Positions 25,677 through 39,077 of a DNA stretch of 64,000 nt are shown here, piece after piece. Source of the DNA: Eledone cirrhosa (Eukaryota). Position 1 is the first letter of the stretch, and each line of letters starts with the position of its first letter. Where the stretch lies: NCBI GenBank assembly GCA_964016885.1, contig OZ024759.1, positions 22,134,001 to 22,198,000 on the forward strand, written 5' to 3'. A program made the translations under genes and the position numbers. The notes beneath the pieces were generated by a model. That model ran no database searches. It was not told the origin of the DNA and worked only from the letters and a program-made list of their open reading frames with translations.

Positions 25677-25754
25677 GCTGTCTGATGAGGTCATGGTACT
25701 GGGTACTACGCAGAATCGCGTGGCCACTATCGTCATCGAAATATGTATCACGGC
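25677..25754 (+). ncRNA. Type I hammerhead ribozyme motif with extended stem II (SCAMP intron 1, sense)
   Basis: GCTGT-CTGATGA-[GGT c ATGGTA..CTACGC agaatc GCGTGG..TATCGT c ATC]-GAAA-TATGTA-TC-ACGGC; AUC cleavage triplet. Confidence 0.8.
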
Positions 25755-25880
25755 CTTATCATAAAGGACTTTAACATCTAAACTACTTTGTATTTCCTTA
25801 TTCTAAAAATACTCCACCATTCCTATGTGGAAAAATGTACATTGAGTTCTCGAATTGAATTACATCAATGTTTACCATAC

Positions 25881-25916
<36 letters not shown>

Positions 25917-26859
25917 AAAAATACACATAGAGGTATGTGTTCAATTATAGTGTATAATACCACCAGAGTGAAAATCATATTATCTACAAACATGATTATG
26001 ATAAATTAAAATGTACAGACCATTCTTTTATAACTATATCTCCTGGACATGCAGTAAGCATGTTTTACCACAAATAAAGTGTAGTATCAAACCGCTGAGA
26101 GCTTATCAACTGGAGGAACAAACAGTATGATCCAGACTTCTAAAAAAAATATAAGACAACTAGCAAGAGCACATGGTATAAAGAGAAAACATCTGTGCTA
26201 TGCAGCACATGGAGATATAGTTATAAACGAATGGTCTGTACATTTTGATTTATCATTTTCATTATGTATTTTCCATTCTGTTCGTAGATATGATTTTCAC
26301 TCTGGTGGTATTATATTCCCTACAATTGAACACATACCTCTATGTGTATTTTTCTCTATATACTGTCTTATAAAGAGCTCGGTATCTATTCCTTGAGCTC
26401 TTTAAATTATAGGGGAGTCTTTAACTCCGTTTTTAATTTGATATATATATATATAATATAGAAATGGCTTCTCCTAGTATTGAGTACCTTACTTACTGTG
26501 GTTACCTCTGATTGGTCCCGGGATAAACATATATATATATATATATGCTAACTTGTACAACAAGCTTTAACCTAATTTCTGTGGGGTGGATTAGCTTGTT
26601 CATTGTTGACTGATATCATCATCATCGTTTATACCTCTGCTTTACAACACTGGCATGGGTTGGATGGGATTTTTGGAGTCAGTATTCTATGGCCAGAATC
26701 CTTACTTGTCTCTGACCCTTCCTTTATCATATTCACAATGAAAATATTCTACCTGTGATTTTCAGTTAATACTTGCGAATTCTAAGGGATGCAGTAACGT
26801 TATCTACATGTGTGTGCTCCTGCGGTTAGGTGGTTGGATTTCATTTCACATTGCTTTTC

Positions 26860-27840
26860 ATCATAGGACTGGGCTCCTATCATTAAAACACCCAAGAAAC
26901 CTCCTATGGGATACAACCTTGGAGATCAGCTAAACCTATAAAGATGTGACTGGTAACAATTACATGATAGGACTGAGGTCCTTATCATTAAAATACCCAA
27001 GAAACTTCCTATGAGATACAACTACAGGTTCACAATCTTTTATCCGAAATTCCGAAAACTGAAAAGCTCCAAAAACTGAAAATTTTTTCCAGGATGTTGT
27101 CTGCATACCAAAGCTTGCGTTTGGGGCCAAACTTGAACCAAAATGACCCACATTCAACCCAGGGCACGCAGTTGTATCTCAGTGCTCCTACCAGTCAGAT
27201 GCACATGGCCTCTGCTGCTCACGGAAATTTTGTTTAATTTTAGCTGATTTTTTTTACTTTGAAGACTGTGAAGATGTCAAAAAGAACTGCAGATTCCCCT
27301 ATGGTTAACAGTGAGAAGCAGAAAAGGAAGCGTCTGTCATTATTGATAGCACAGAAAGTAGAGTTATTGCAAAAGCTTGATCCTGGTGTATCTGTGCGGC
27401 ATCTTACTGAAGATTGTGGTGTGGGAACTACCACCATAATGTTTTAACTAAAAAAATTTTTAAATCTACGCTAAAAATCATCCATTCCGAAATCCAAAAA
27501 ATTTCAAAATCTGAAAAGTGTCTGGTCCCAAAGTTTTCGGATAAGAGATTGTGAACCTGTATATAGAAGACAAGCCAAACTCATATAGGTGTGAGCTGTA
27601 ACCACAGCTCACACCTATGAAGTTTAATGATAGGACTGGGACCCAATCATTTAAACACCTAACAAGAAAACACCTATAAGATACAGCCTTGTAGGAGGCC
27701 AGCTAAACCTACATAAGTGTGAGCTATAAAAACATGATAGGACTGAGGTCCTTCCTTATCATTAAAACATCCAAGTAACCTCCTATGAAATGCAACCTTG
27801 TAGGAGGCCAGCTAAACCTATATAGTTGTGAACTGTAAAT
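26860..27840 (+). repeat. Tandem array of an approximately 85-100 bp unit (ataggactg.gg.cc.tatcattaaaacacccaagaaacctcctatgagatacaacc)
   Basis: About 5 units, interrupted by the Tigger element; reverse-oriented arrays at about 23600-23810 and 24505-24770, further units at 35210-35610 and 38760-38930. Confidence 0.7.
27025..27559 (+). mobile_element. Internally deleted Tigger/pogo DNA transposon
   Basis: TIRs CAGGTTCACAATCT.TTATCCGAAA at both ends with TA TSDs; encodes the CENP-B/Jerky-type HTH start MSKR...KRKRLSLLIAQKVELLQKLD.GVSVRHL..D.GVGTTTI. Confidence 0.88.
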
Positions 27841-29394
27841 TTCCTCTATTTTTTTCAAGCCTAGTTATAAAACTTGTTCTTAACTATGATATACAACACT
27901 GTTACAATATTAATAATAGCAGTAGTATCAGTAGTAGTAATAGTGGTATTTTATCTCCTGATTCTATTGTAAACAGTACCTAGGTGTGGTGAGTTTCTAT
28001 TTAATAATTTTTTTTTTTTTTACAAATTGTCTGTCCTTCTTATCAGTTGGACTGAACCTGTCGAATATATTACATAATATATAGGCAGAGATATGGTTGT
28101 GTGGTTAAGGAGTTCACTTCACAAACAACCCACCCAGTTTCAGGTTTCGGTCCCGCAGCGTGTCACCTTCAGCAAATGTCTTCTACTGAAGCCTCCTTCA
28201 GCTTTACCAATGCATATATATATATATATATAATATCATCATCATCATTTAAGGTCTGTTTTCTTTGCTATCAATGGTTGGAAAGGTCAGTACTTAAGTA
28301 GAACTAATTACCTCTCATTTGAGTCAGGGGGCTTGCCTCACACTTATTTATGTTAGCGCAATCTACCAAATGCTTGGATGAGCCAAGGCCCCATATCACA
28401 CTTACAGAAGTTCTTGCTCTCTATCAAGTTTATTTTATTGTGGCATCAGCACTAGGAAGGTTGTCAAGTCTTTAACACAACTGAAAAATCCTCCCCACCC
28501 TTTGTTTGGCAAGTTTTCTATGGCTGGATGTTCTTCCTATCACCAACCACCTTATGGGGTGTACTGGATGCATTTATCTTGATCTACACAATAAACGCAC
28601 CCAGTAAAGGGATTAGTGATAGGAAGGGCATCCAGCCATAGAAATCTTGGCAAACAAAAGGATTGGGAGGACCCTCAGTTGTGTCAAAGACATGACAACC
28701 TCTTCTGTACATTTGGAGAAGTGTTGACCATACATAAAGCGAGATACAGATCCCTGACCTTCCAGGGAGATCAGTGGCTCCTCTTCAGTACTGACTTAGT
28801 TTATGTAGACCCGTCCAACCCTTGCGAGCTGGGAAAACATACGTTAAAATGTTGATGATATGTATGTTTGTGTCTGTGGTTATGTCCTGTAATAAGGGCA
28901 TACTTGAAAAATATAAGTACCTGACTTGAAAATGATAGGTACCATTGTCAGTTTGATCCTCTAATAGCTTTTAATGTGGTCCCTAGCATGCCTACAGTCC
29001 AATGACTGAAACCAGTAAAAGAATGTCCTCATTGCCACTGATCACTGATTCAATTCCCCCTCCCCCTCCCCGACGGGGGTCACAGAGGTGCCATCACATC
29101 ATGTAACATATCAAGAGCATTTTAAATTGGGAGGCATCCATCTCTTGGATTGACCACAGCCAATTTCTTCCTGAGAGAGGAGGAATGAGAGTAAGCTTGA
29201 GAGAAAAATCAGTCTGGTACTTATTTATTGATTGTGATAACATGAAAAGCAAAGTTGGCCTCAGCGGGATTTGAACTCAGAGTGCTAACAACTGGAATGA
29301 ATACTGCAAAATATTCCTACACCCTATTTAATCTGCCAGTTTACTGTCTGTCTTTTATTCTAGTCTGGCAATTCAACTTAAGGAAGCATTTGTG

Positions 29395-30016
29395 ATTTTA
29401 ATGTGTGATGTGATGCTGCATGGTAGTGAAACATGCGCAGTGACTGCAGAGAACATGTGTAGGCTGGAGAGAAATGATGTAACCATGCTTTGTCGGATGT
29501 GCAATGAAAATGTGAGAGAAAGGCAGAGCTTGGATGAACTAAGGGAGAAACTGGGTTTAACCCTTTAACATTTAAACCGGCCGTATCCGGTCAGAATTCT
29601 CTCACTTTTTTCTGTTCAAGCCAGGTCAGATGACCGTGTCTTGCTCATACAGAACAAACTTTAGCTTGGTTTCTACAGCTGGATACCCTTCCTAGCATCA
29701 ACCTCATTTACAGTGAGTATTGGGTGCTTTTAGGGTTAAGAGAAATCAGAAGTGATGTGCAAGAGAGAAGACTATGTTGATATGGATTATGGGGGCTGGG
29801 TGACGCAGTGCCAGGAAATCCCTGTGGAAGGAAGCTGCAGTAGAGGTAGACCTAGGAAAATGTGGGCAGATGTGGTGAGAGTTGATCTAAAATCACTGAA
29901 ACTCACAGAGATGGCGACAAAGGAACACGGCGGGTGGAGAGATGCTGTACTGAAAATGACCCATCCAACCCATCTGAGTGTGGAAAAACGGATGTATAAA
30001 TGATGATGATGATGAT
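29395..30016 (+). mobile_element. Degenerate RTE-like LINE 3' fragment interrupted by a TTAA-flanked insert (29561-29735)
   Basis: MLHGSET, RGRPRKMW, (GAT)n tail; similar decayed copies at about 49840-50270 and 51880-52345. Confidence 0.7.
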
Positions 30017-33000
30017 GTGAGTAGTTGCTACAGTTAAATGGAGAGTATCTCTGATAATTATCAGTTTGAAATGAGTATCATCATCATCATCATCACCGTT
30101 TTACGTCCGTTCTTCCACGCTAGCATGGGTTAGACGGGTTGTCCTGTTGTGTGCAGTGTCTGGTCGGCTGACCATGCCTTGCTCATACAGGAACTGATCT
30201 GGCTTGATTTCTACAGCTGGATGCCCTTCCTAACACCAACCTCATTTACAGTGAGTGCTGGGTGCTTTTTCGTGGCGCCTACACGTCCACTTTACAGTGT
30301 GGGCTGGGTGCTTTTTTGCCGTAGCACCTCCACGACCACCTTGCGGTGTGGGGGCATATTGTTTATATGCTTCAGCATGTACCCATGGGAGGTCGGGTAC
30401 TCATTTCAAACTCTTTATGTCTTCTTGAACCCTATTGGAATCTTGGTGAGAAAACTTTCATTGAATATTCACCAAAGACTAGAATATTCCTCAACATCTC
30501 TGTTCCAGGCAGTGTGAATCAGCACTCTACCCTTAATAATGATGAATTAATAAATACTGCACCCAGTACACTCTGTAAAGTGGCAGCACTGGTGTGATGA
30601 TAAAATACACCCAGTACTACCACTTTACTCTGTAAATTAGTAGTACTGGTGCCATGATAAAATACACCCAGTACAGTCTGTAAAGTGGCAGTGGTGGTTC
30701 CACGATAAAATACACTCAGTACACTCTGTAAAGTGATTGCCATCAAGAACGGCATCCAGCCATAGAAACCAGGCCTCAAATGAAAGGTGTGCGTATTGAC
30801 TTGTAACTCCTGATTGAGTCTTAAGGGAGCTATAGGGACATGCAGTGTGTCTTAGGCCTTTTAAACCTGTCAGAACCCATCCTTTCTTTGGGTTTGAAGA
30901 TAGCTGATTTCTTCCAGAGAGAGGAAAAATCAACCTCAGTAATGGAATGGTACTTTTATTATAGACCAAGGCATTCTATCTGACGTTCTAACACCTTTAT
31001 GAATTCAACACCTTCTAACAAAGAAAACAGGTAAAACGATGATGATGTATCTGGCATCACTAATTCATCTCAAGTCAAGTCATTGGCTGGACTGGTTTCC
31101 ATAGTGCATGTCAAGCAATGTGACTTGGTGCAGGAGTTGAGGCAACTCCTTAGAAAAGAGTAGTGACCAGAGAGTGATCTTGGGTAGGAGGAAGGAGATT
31201 TATGCCCTTACCTATAATGTGATACATTTTTTTTCCGCACTAGTTTATCAAGTTAAGCAATTCAATGACTTGTGTCTATTGTCTGCATGTGCGCATGGTC
31301 CTGTAACTCCTGCACGAGTCTTAGGGACACTGTATTGACACACAGCGTTTCTAGGGAATATTTTAAAACTTGGCAGAGGGAGTTCACATCTTTTCCTTCT
31401 TGTTCTCCCACTTATTCCTGGAAGTGTCGTGAGGGCAGAGTCTTAAAGCATGCCTTCAAGTGGGTCCTGTCAGAAGCATCTAAGCTCATGGACGTTACCC
31501 AACCATCTTGCTCAGGGTCTTCCACTGGATCTCCTGCCGGGAGGGCTGAATTCATGAGTGATGGAAGGCAGGAAGTTGAATTAAGTACAAGAATTGCAGG
31601 AGTTGGTGCAGTAATGCACCAGCTTTAGTATTCAGTAATCGGAACAAGGGAGATAAGTATAAAAGCCACACCTTTTCTATGCAAGCATTTATTGGAGTTC
31701 CTGTTCTCCTAGTCAGATTGCCTTCGCTGTGTTTTGTGGAATTTCCGTGTCTAAGGGTCTGCACTGCAACCCCACACGACCTTCAACAACGAACTTCGCA
31801 CTCGAGTGGATATTAAACAGTTCCTTCACTGCACCCAACTGGAGGTGTATTTCCATGGCTGTGAAACTTTTTCAACTTCCTTTTAAGCATGATACTGATA
31901 CGACTGTTTTCGCACCTCTGTGTTTGTGTTGTCATTTCTTTAATTATGTCAAGGACATGACACCTTTCCTAATGCTGGTGATCTACACAATATATATACA
32001 TACATCGATATACACACATATAGATAGTGCTGGTGATCTACACAATATAAGCACCTAGTACACACTGTAAAGTGGTTGGTGTTAGGAAGGGATCCAGCTA
32101 TAGATAGCTTGCCAAACAAGGGGTTAGGGTTTACAGTGTGTACTGGGTGCTTATACTGTGTAGATCATCAGCACTATCGCAATTTTTTTTATGCCTTTCT
32201 CGTGGCAATATATATATTTTTTAACGCTAAATTATTAATAACAATATACCGCATTTGCTGGCCTATTGGGTGCCCTTTCACATTAGATGCTCCCTCTTTT
32301 TTATTTTTTTTAATTTTCATTATACTTTGATGTTTATAGGCATTGTTATGGACCAACATCCAATAGTCACGGTTTTTCACTCTTTGCAGGTGCTCTAGCA
32401 ATCAATGTAACCCCTGCGAATACAGGGGGACAACTGTATATATATATAGTTTATAATCATTCATACATTAGCCATGATTTTCTTGTCCAGCTGGAGATGT
32501 GTATTAATAATTATAGCATACTTATATAATCACATACATACACTAACATATTTATGTAACCAAGCACACATACACATTGACATATATATATATATATATA
32601 ATCATGCATACACTATCACCGTCATACATGATCGCACACACACACACACACACAAACATATTCATATAATCACATACACACACACTAACATATTTATATA
32701 ATCACATACACACTAACATATATATATATATATAAAATCATTCACATATATTGTCACACATCACCTATATCCAGTCATATAAAATAACATACACACACAT
32801 ATAATATACACACACGTACATATACACATATAATACACACGCACGTACATATACACACACACACACATGCATATACACACACATACACATACTGTCAACA
32901 ATGGCATCTAAAATAATTAACTGGACCACCCCCCTCCCTTCCCTCACTTTGTACTGTTGCTGCCACTGTTGCTGTTGCTACTACTGCTACTACTACTACT

Positions 33001-33419
33001 GTTACTACTATTGCTGCTGCTACTACTACTATTGCTGCTGCTACTACTACTACTACTGCTGCTGCTACTACTACTACTACTACTGCTGCTGCTACTACTA
33101 CTACTACTACTACCGCCATCATCACCACCACTACAACTACTACTACCACCATCACAATTACTACTACTACTACTACATATTTCAACTGTTAGGTATTATT
33201 AACAGTTGAACTACACTCACACACACACTCTCTCTCTCTCTCATCGATTAGTCAGTCAACTCATTGAGACACTCAATCATAATATGTTAGTAGTAGTAGC
33301 AGTAGTAGTTGTGGTGGTGATGTCAGTCGTAGTAGCTGTGGTGGTGGTGGTGGTGACGATAGCAACCAGAGAATTAGAGTGAACTGGTGTTTGTTCAAGT
33401 TTGGTCTAATCGATTGTTT

Positions 33420-33900
33420 GTCTATCTGTCTATCTTGTATACCCATCTATCCATCTATCTGCCTGTCCGTCTATCTTGTATACCCATCTATCCATCTATC
33501 TGTCTATCTTGTATACCCATCTATCCGTCTATCTTGTATACCCATCTATCCATCTATCTGTCATACCCATCTATCTGTCTATCTTGTATACCCATCTATC
33601 CATCTATCTGCCTGTCCGTCTATCTTGTATACCCATCTATCCATCTATCTGTCTATCTTGTATACCCATCTATCTATCTATCTGCTTGTCCGTCTGTCTT
33701 GTATACCCATCTATCCATCTATCTGTCTATCTTGTATACCCATCTATCTATCTATCTGCTTGTCCATCTGTCTTGTATACCCATCTATCCATCTATCTGT
33801 CTATCTTGTATACCCATCTATCTGTCTATCTGTCTATCTTGTATACCCATCTATCCATCTATCTGCCTGTCCGTCTGTCTTGTATACCTATCCATCTATC
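33420..33900. repeat. Minisatellite, approximately 30-40 bp unit tatcttgtatacccatctatccatctatctg
   Basis: More than 12 direct copies visible. Confidence 0.9.
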
Positions 33901-34362
33901 TGTGTGTCTATTTTGTATACTCATCCATCCATCCATCTGTTGTACATCTGTTTGTCTTGTGTACCCTTCCATCTATCCATCTGTCTATCCATCCATCTAT
34001 CTTGTGTACTCACCCACCCATCCATCTATCGCTCTGTCTTTCTATCTTGATACCCGTCTGTCTTGTATTCGCATCCATCCTTCTATCTGTCTGTTCGTTC
34101 GTCCATCTATCTTGTGTTACCACCATCTCATCCATCAGTTGTGTATACCCATCCATCAGTTGTGTATACCCATCCATCTGTCTTGTAAACCCATCCTTCC
34201 ATCTGTCTCTCTCTGCATCTGTCTATCCATGTATCCATCTGTCAGTCTCTCCATCTATTCAACGTTCTGAATTTATTATGTTGACGTCATGTGATATCAC
34301 CTCCACTAACTCATGTTGTATGTGTGTATGTATATATTCAAGTATGTATGTGTGTGTGTATG

Positions 34363-34393
<31 letters not shown>

Positions 34394-36455
34394 ATGCATG
34401 TCTCTCTCTATATATATGTGTGTGTGTGTGTATGCATGTCTCTTTCTCTCTCTATATATATGTGTGTGTGCATATGTGTAATCATCATCATCATAATTTA
34501 ACGTCCACTTTTCCACGTTTGCATGGGTTGGACAGGTCCTTTTCAGCACGGCATCCCTCCCCTTGTCACTTTCCTTTGCCATTTCCTTCTCTGTAAGCTT
34601 CGGTGTTTTGGAAACAGTTTGCACCACCTACATATTTTGTGTATGAATATGTAAATATATATAAGCCAGCAACTACATCTTATATACCTCTCTCTATTCT
34701 CCTTTAAGATTTGATTATATTCTTCCACTTTTGAGATATATATATATATAATCATCATCATCACCGTTCAGCATCCATTTTCCCATGCTTACATGGGTTA
34801 GAAGGGTCGTCCATGCTGGGAGACAAGTCTGGCCAGAGTTGGCCATGTCGCACCTTGCTCCAGCAAGGACTGTAAATTTGATGGGGTATTTTACAGCTGG
34901 ATGCTCTTCCCAACACCAACCACATTTACAATGTGGAACTGGATGGCTCCGTTATGAGGAGGGAGAGGCCAGCTTGTTGTCAACTGTTGTTGCCAGTTTG
35001 TGTGTTCATTACTCAAGACACCGTTCGTCAACCAAGATGTTTTGTGTTTGGAAAAATTGTTCTTGAACTTATTTGCTCGTGATGTTTGTAAGAAGCCAAG
35101 GTTCCACTGTATATGGCTTTGTGTAAACACTGTTAGACGGTAATAAACTACACAGGCCAGCAGTTTCTGGTACATATGTTCGGTTCACAGTTGTGGCATT
35201 TTTACTTGTTAAAACCCACACAAACCTATATAGGTTTAACTGGCCTCATATGATGTATCACATAGGAGGTTTCTCAAGTGTTTTCATGAGAATGACCTCA
35301 GTTCATGTATGCATGCATGTGTGTGTATGTATGTATATTTTCATGTATATGTATATAATATATACATACATACATGCATGTATATTTCTATAATAAAATA
35401 AATATGCCTATACTAATGTATTGAGTACCTTTTTAACTGTAGTCACCTCCCGATGTACATCGGAAATTCACCTATATATATATATATAAAATGTATATAT
35501 GTTGTTGTTACAGCTCACTCTTATGTATGTTTAACTGATCTCCTGCAAAATTGTATCTCATAGTATGTTTCTTGGGTATTTTCATGATAGGGGCCTCAGT
35601 CCTATAATGAAAAAGCAATCCGTTGTAGTAGTTTTAACTCCCTACACACACATATACATAGCTGATGCTGGTACTTGTTTTCCTTTTAACGGAATGGGCT
35701 GAAGCAACAACGAGAAATGAAACATCTTGCTCAAGGACACAATACACTGCTCAGTCAAGGAATCGAACCCACAACCTTCATAATTGTGAGTGAAATATCC
35801 TAACCACAAGGATACCTGCTTTCTCTCCATTTGTACTTTGTGTCATATAATTGTGACTAGCTGCTGAAAAGGAGGGTTTTGTGTGAGACAGAGATGGTCT
35901 TAGCTAAACTGCTGGGCCCCTGTCAACACACTCTCACACATATATACATACATACCTACACACACACACACACACACACACACACCAACGCACACACTCA
36001 CACACATGCACTCACAAACACCTACACACACACATATACAAACACACCAATGCACACACTCACACACACATGCACTCACAAACACATACAGTCACATGTG
36101 CACTCATACACATGCATACACACTCACATTCACATACACACTCTCACTCACACGTATGCACACTCTCAAGTATACTCCCATACACTCATGTGTAAACATA
36201 CACATGTATACACATACTCACACATACAAATACATGCACACACACACATGCGCACACATACTCTTATACACTTATACATACATGCTCACACTCATATACA
36301 CACACACACACACCTAGACAAAAAGTCAGTTGTTGATCCAGCTCATATTATACACCCTGGAGTAAAGCCAGTTTTTGGCCACTCTCATGTCATATCTACT
36401 ACAACTACTACTACTACTGCTACTACTACTACTGCTACTACTACCACCACTACTG

Positions 36456-36487
<32 letters not shown>

Positions 36488-38999
36488 GCTACTACTGTTA
36501 CTACTACCACCGCTACTACTACTGCTACTACTACTACTACTACTGTTACTACTACCACTACTATTGCTACTATTACTAGTTACTACTACCACTACTACTG
36601 CTACTATTGTTACTACTACTACTACTGTTACTACTACTACTACTGTTACTACTACTACTACTGCTATTGCTGCTGCTACTATTACTACTGTTACTGCTAT
36701 TGCTACTGTTACTACCACTGCTACTACTACTACTATTACCACTACTACTATTACCACCACCAATACTGCTACTACTTTTAAGATATATAATTTGGCATTC
36801 CAGTAATAACTTCATTTGTTCTCTACCTCCAGACAAAAACAGTACAGCAACTGATGAATACATTAATAATAATATAGCAATGGGATTTACACACACACAT
36901 ACACACACGTGTGTGTGTGTATATCTACACACATATATATATATATATATATACTTAAATATATATATATATATGAATATACATATATATATATATAAAC
37001 ACACACACACACACATATATATACACACACATATATAATTGTTTCTACTTTTGGCACAAGGCCAGCAAATACCCAGTGCCTTACTGGTACTTTATTTTAT
37101 CGACCCCGTAAGAATGAAAGGCAAAGTTAACCTCGGTGGGATTTGAACTCAGAATATATAATACATAATAAACACACCCAGTACATTCTGTAAAGTTGTT
37201 GGTGATTGGAAGAGCAGTCTGTTGTGGAAAACCTGCCAAACAAAGGGACATGAGGCCTCTTTAGCTGCGTCAAAGATGGCAGTCTTGATACTGATGATGC
37301 TATGATAAAATGCACTCGGAAGATTGTGGGAACTTATCTAAGCAGGGTGGAGAGGACTGACTCAGTCTGTGAAAATCTGCTTAACCTTAGCTAGCAAGGA
37401 AAACAGAATGTTAAATGGTGATTAAGAGATGATGGATATAAAGCACACGGTCGGCGCTGTAAATGTGGTTGGCATTAGGAAGGGTATCCAGCCATAGAAA
37501 CCAAGCCAGAAACAGTTCTGAATGGGCAAGATACAATCATCTGATTTGACTTGTCACACAACAGGTCAACTTGTCTAACCCATGCTTGCATGGAAAAATG
37601 GACATTAAACGGTGGTGGTGATGATGATGATGATAGGCTTCATCATCATCATCATTATCATTTTTAATTCCATTTTTCCATGCTTGCATGGGTTAGATGT
37701 GTTTTTCTCAGCACAGCATCTCCTCTCTGAGTTTCAGTGATTTGAGGTCAGCTCTCACCACCCCTTGATCTACCTCTACAGCTATCTTACTAATAAATTA
37801 CTTTTTTGTTGTTTAATGTCATGACTGTACTACTAATGAAATACACTCAGTTTCACTTAGTTAATGAAGAATTTTGAGGGATTTACTAAAATTATTATTT
37901 CATTACTAAGATGGTAACTTAATGTAAGGTTCTTATATAAAATTATGTTGGAAGATCTTAATTTAAATTGGAAATCTTTAAAATGGGTGATTTTATTTCA
38001 TAGAACCAGAGCCGGTTAACCCTTTAGAATTCACATTACTCTATATTTACTGTTTTTGTAGTAAAGGATTTATCTCGCATAATATTGAAGCTATGAGATT
38101 TTGATGTTATTTATTTTGAGAACAATACCTTAACATCAGTATGAGCGACTTGTTACAGCCAGTTTGAACAGAAAGAGGTGAAAGAATTCTGGATGGATAT
38201 AGCCAGTTTAAATGCTAAATGGATTAAAATGGGTGGTTTTATTTCATAGAATCTGAGCTGGTTTTGGCCAGGTTGGCAACAAGAGGGTTAAATAAAAATA
38301 TAAAGTTATTTTCTTGACTGTTTACTTCACGTAGCCCTGAAATCTGGTCTATTTCTGATGAAAGAAAACAAAGAAGAAATTATGATATAGTTTTCAATTG
38401 ATTAAATAATAAAAGTGGTGTGATACTTCCTTGAGTTTTCCTTCTAATTATTTATTGATTAATATCACAATATTGATGAAATATATTGATAATTATGATT
38501 GCTGTTGTTGGTAGTGATCGGATGGTTCCGTTGGATATGCAATGTAAATGTGAGGGAAAGGCAGAGCTTGGATGAACTGGGGAAGGGAAAAATTGGGTTA
38601 AGAGCAATCAAAAGTGGTGTATTACACCTACCATGCTCCGTTGGATATGTAATGTAAATGTGAGAGAAAGGCAGAGCTTGGATGATCTGAGGGAGAGACT
38701 GGGTTTAAGAGGAATCTGAAATGGTGTGCAAGAGAGAAGACTGTATAGATGTGAGCTGTAACATGGTAGGACCAGGGTCCCTATCATTAAAACACTCGAG
38801 AAACTACCTATGAGATACAGCCTCATATGAGGTCAACTAAACCTACTTAGGTGTGAGCTGTAACAACATGGCAGGACTAGAGTCCCTATCATTAAAACAC
38901 CTGAGATGCAACTTTGTATGAGGTCAGCTAAACGTGCTTTTTTCATATAAAGCGTGAAACTAATAAGACTTTTTGTATCTCTGTTTTGTCGTTTCCTTG

Positions 39000-39077
<78 letters not shown>

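Noticed and set aside
38350-38390. CTGATGA...GAAATTATGATATAG
   Set aside because: The intervening purine run cannot form stem II; at best a heavily deleted relic
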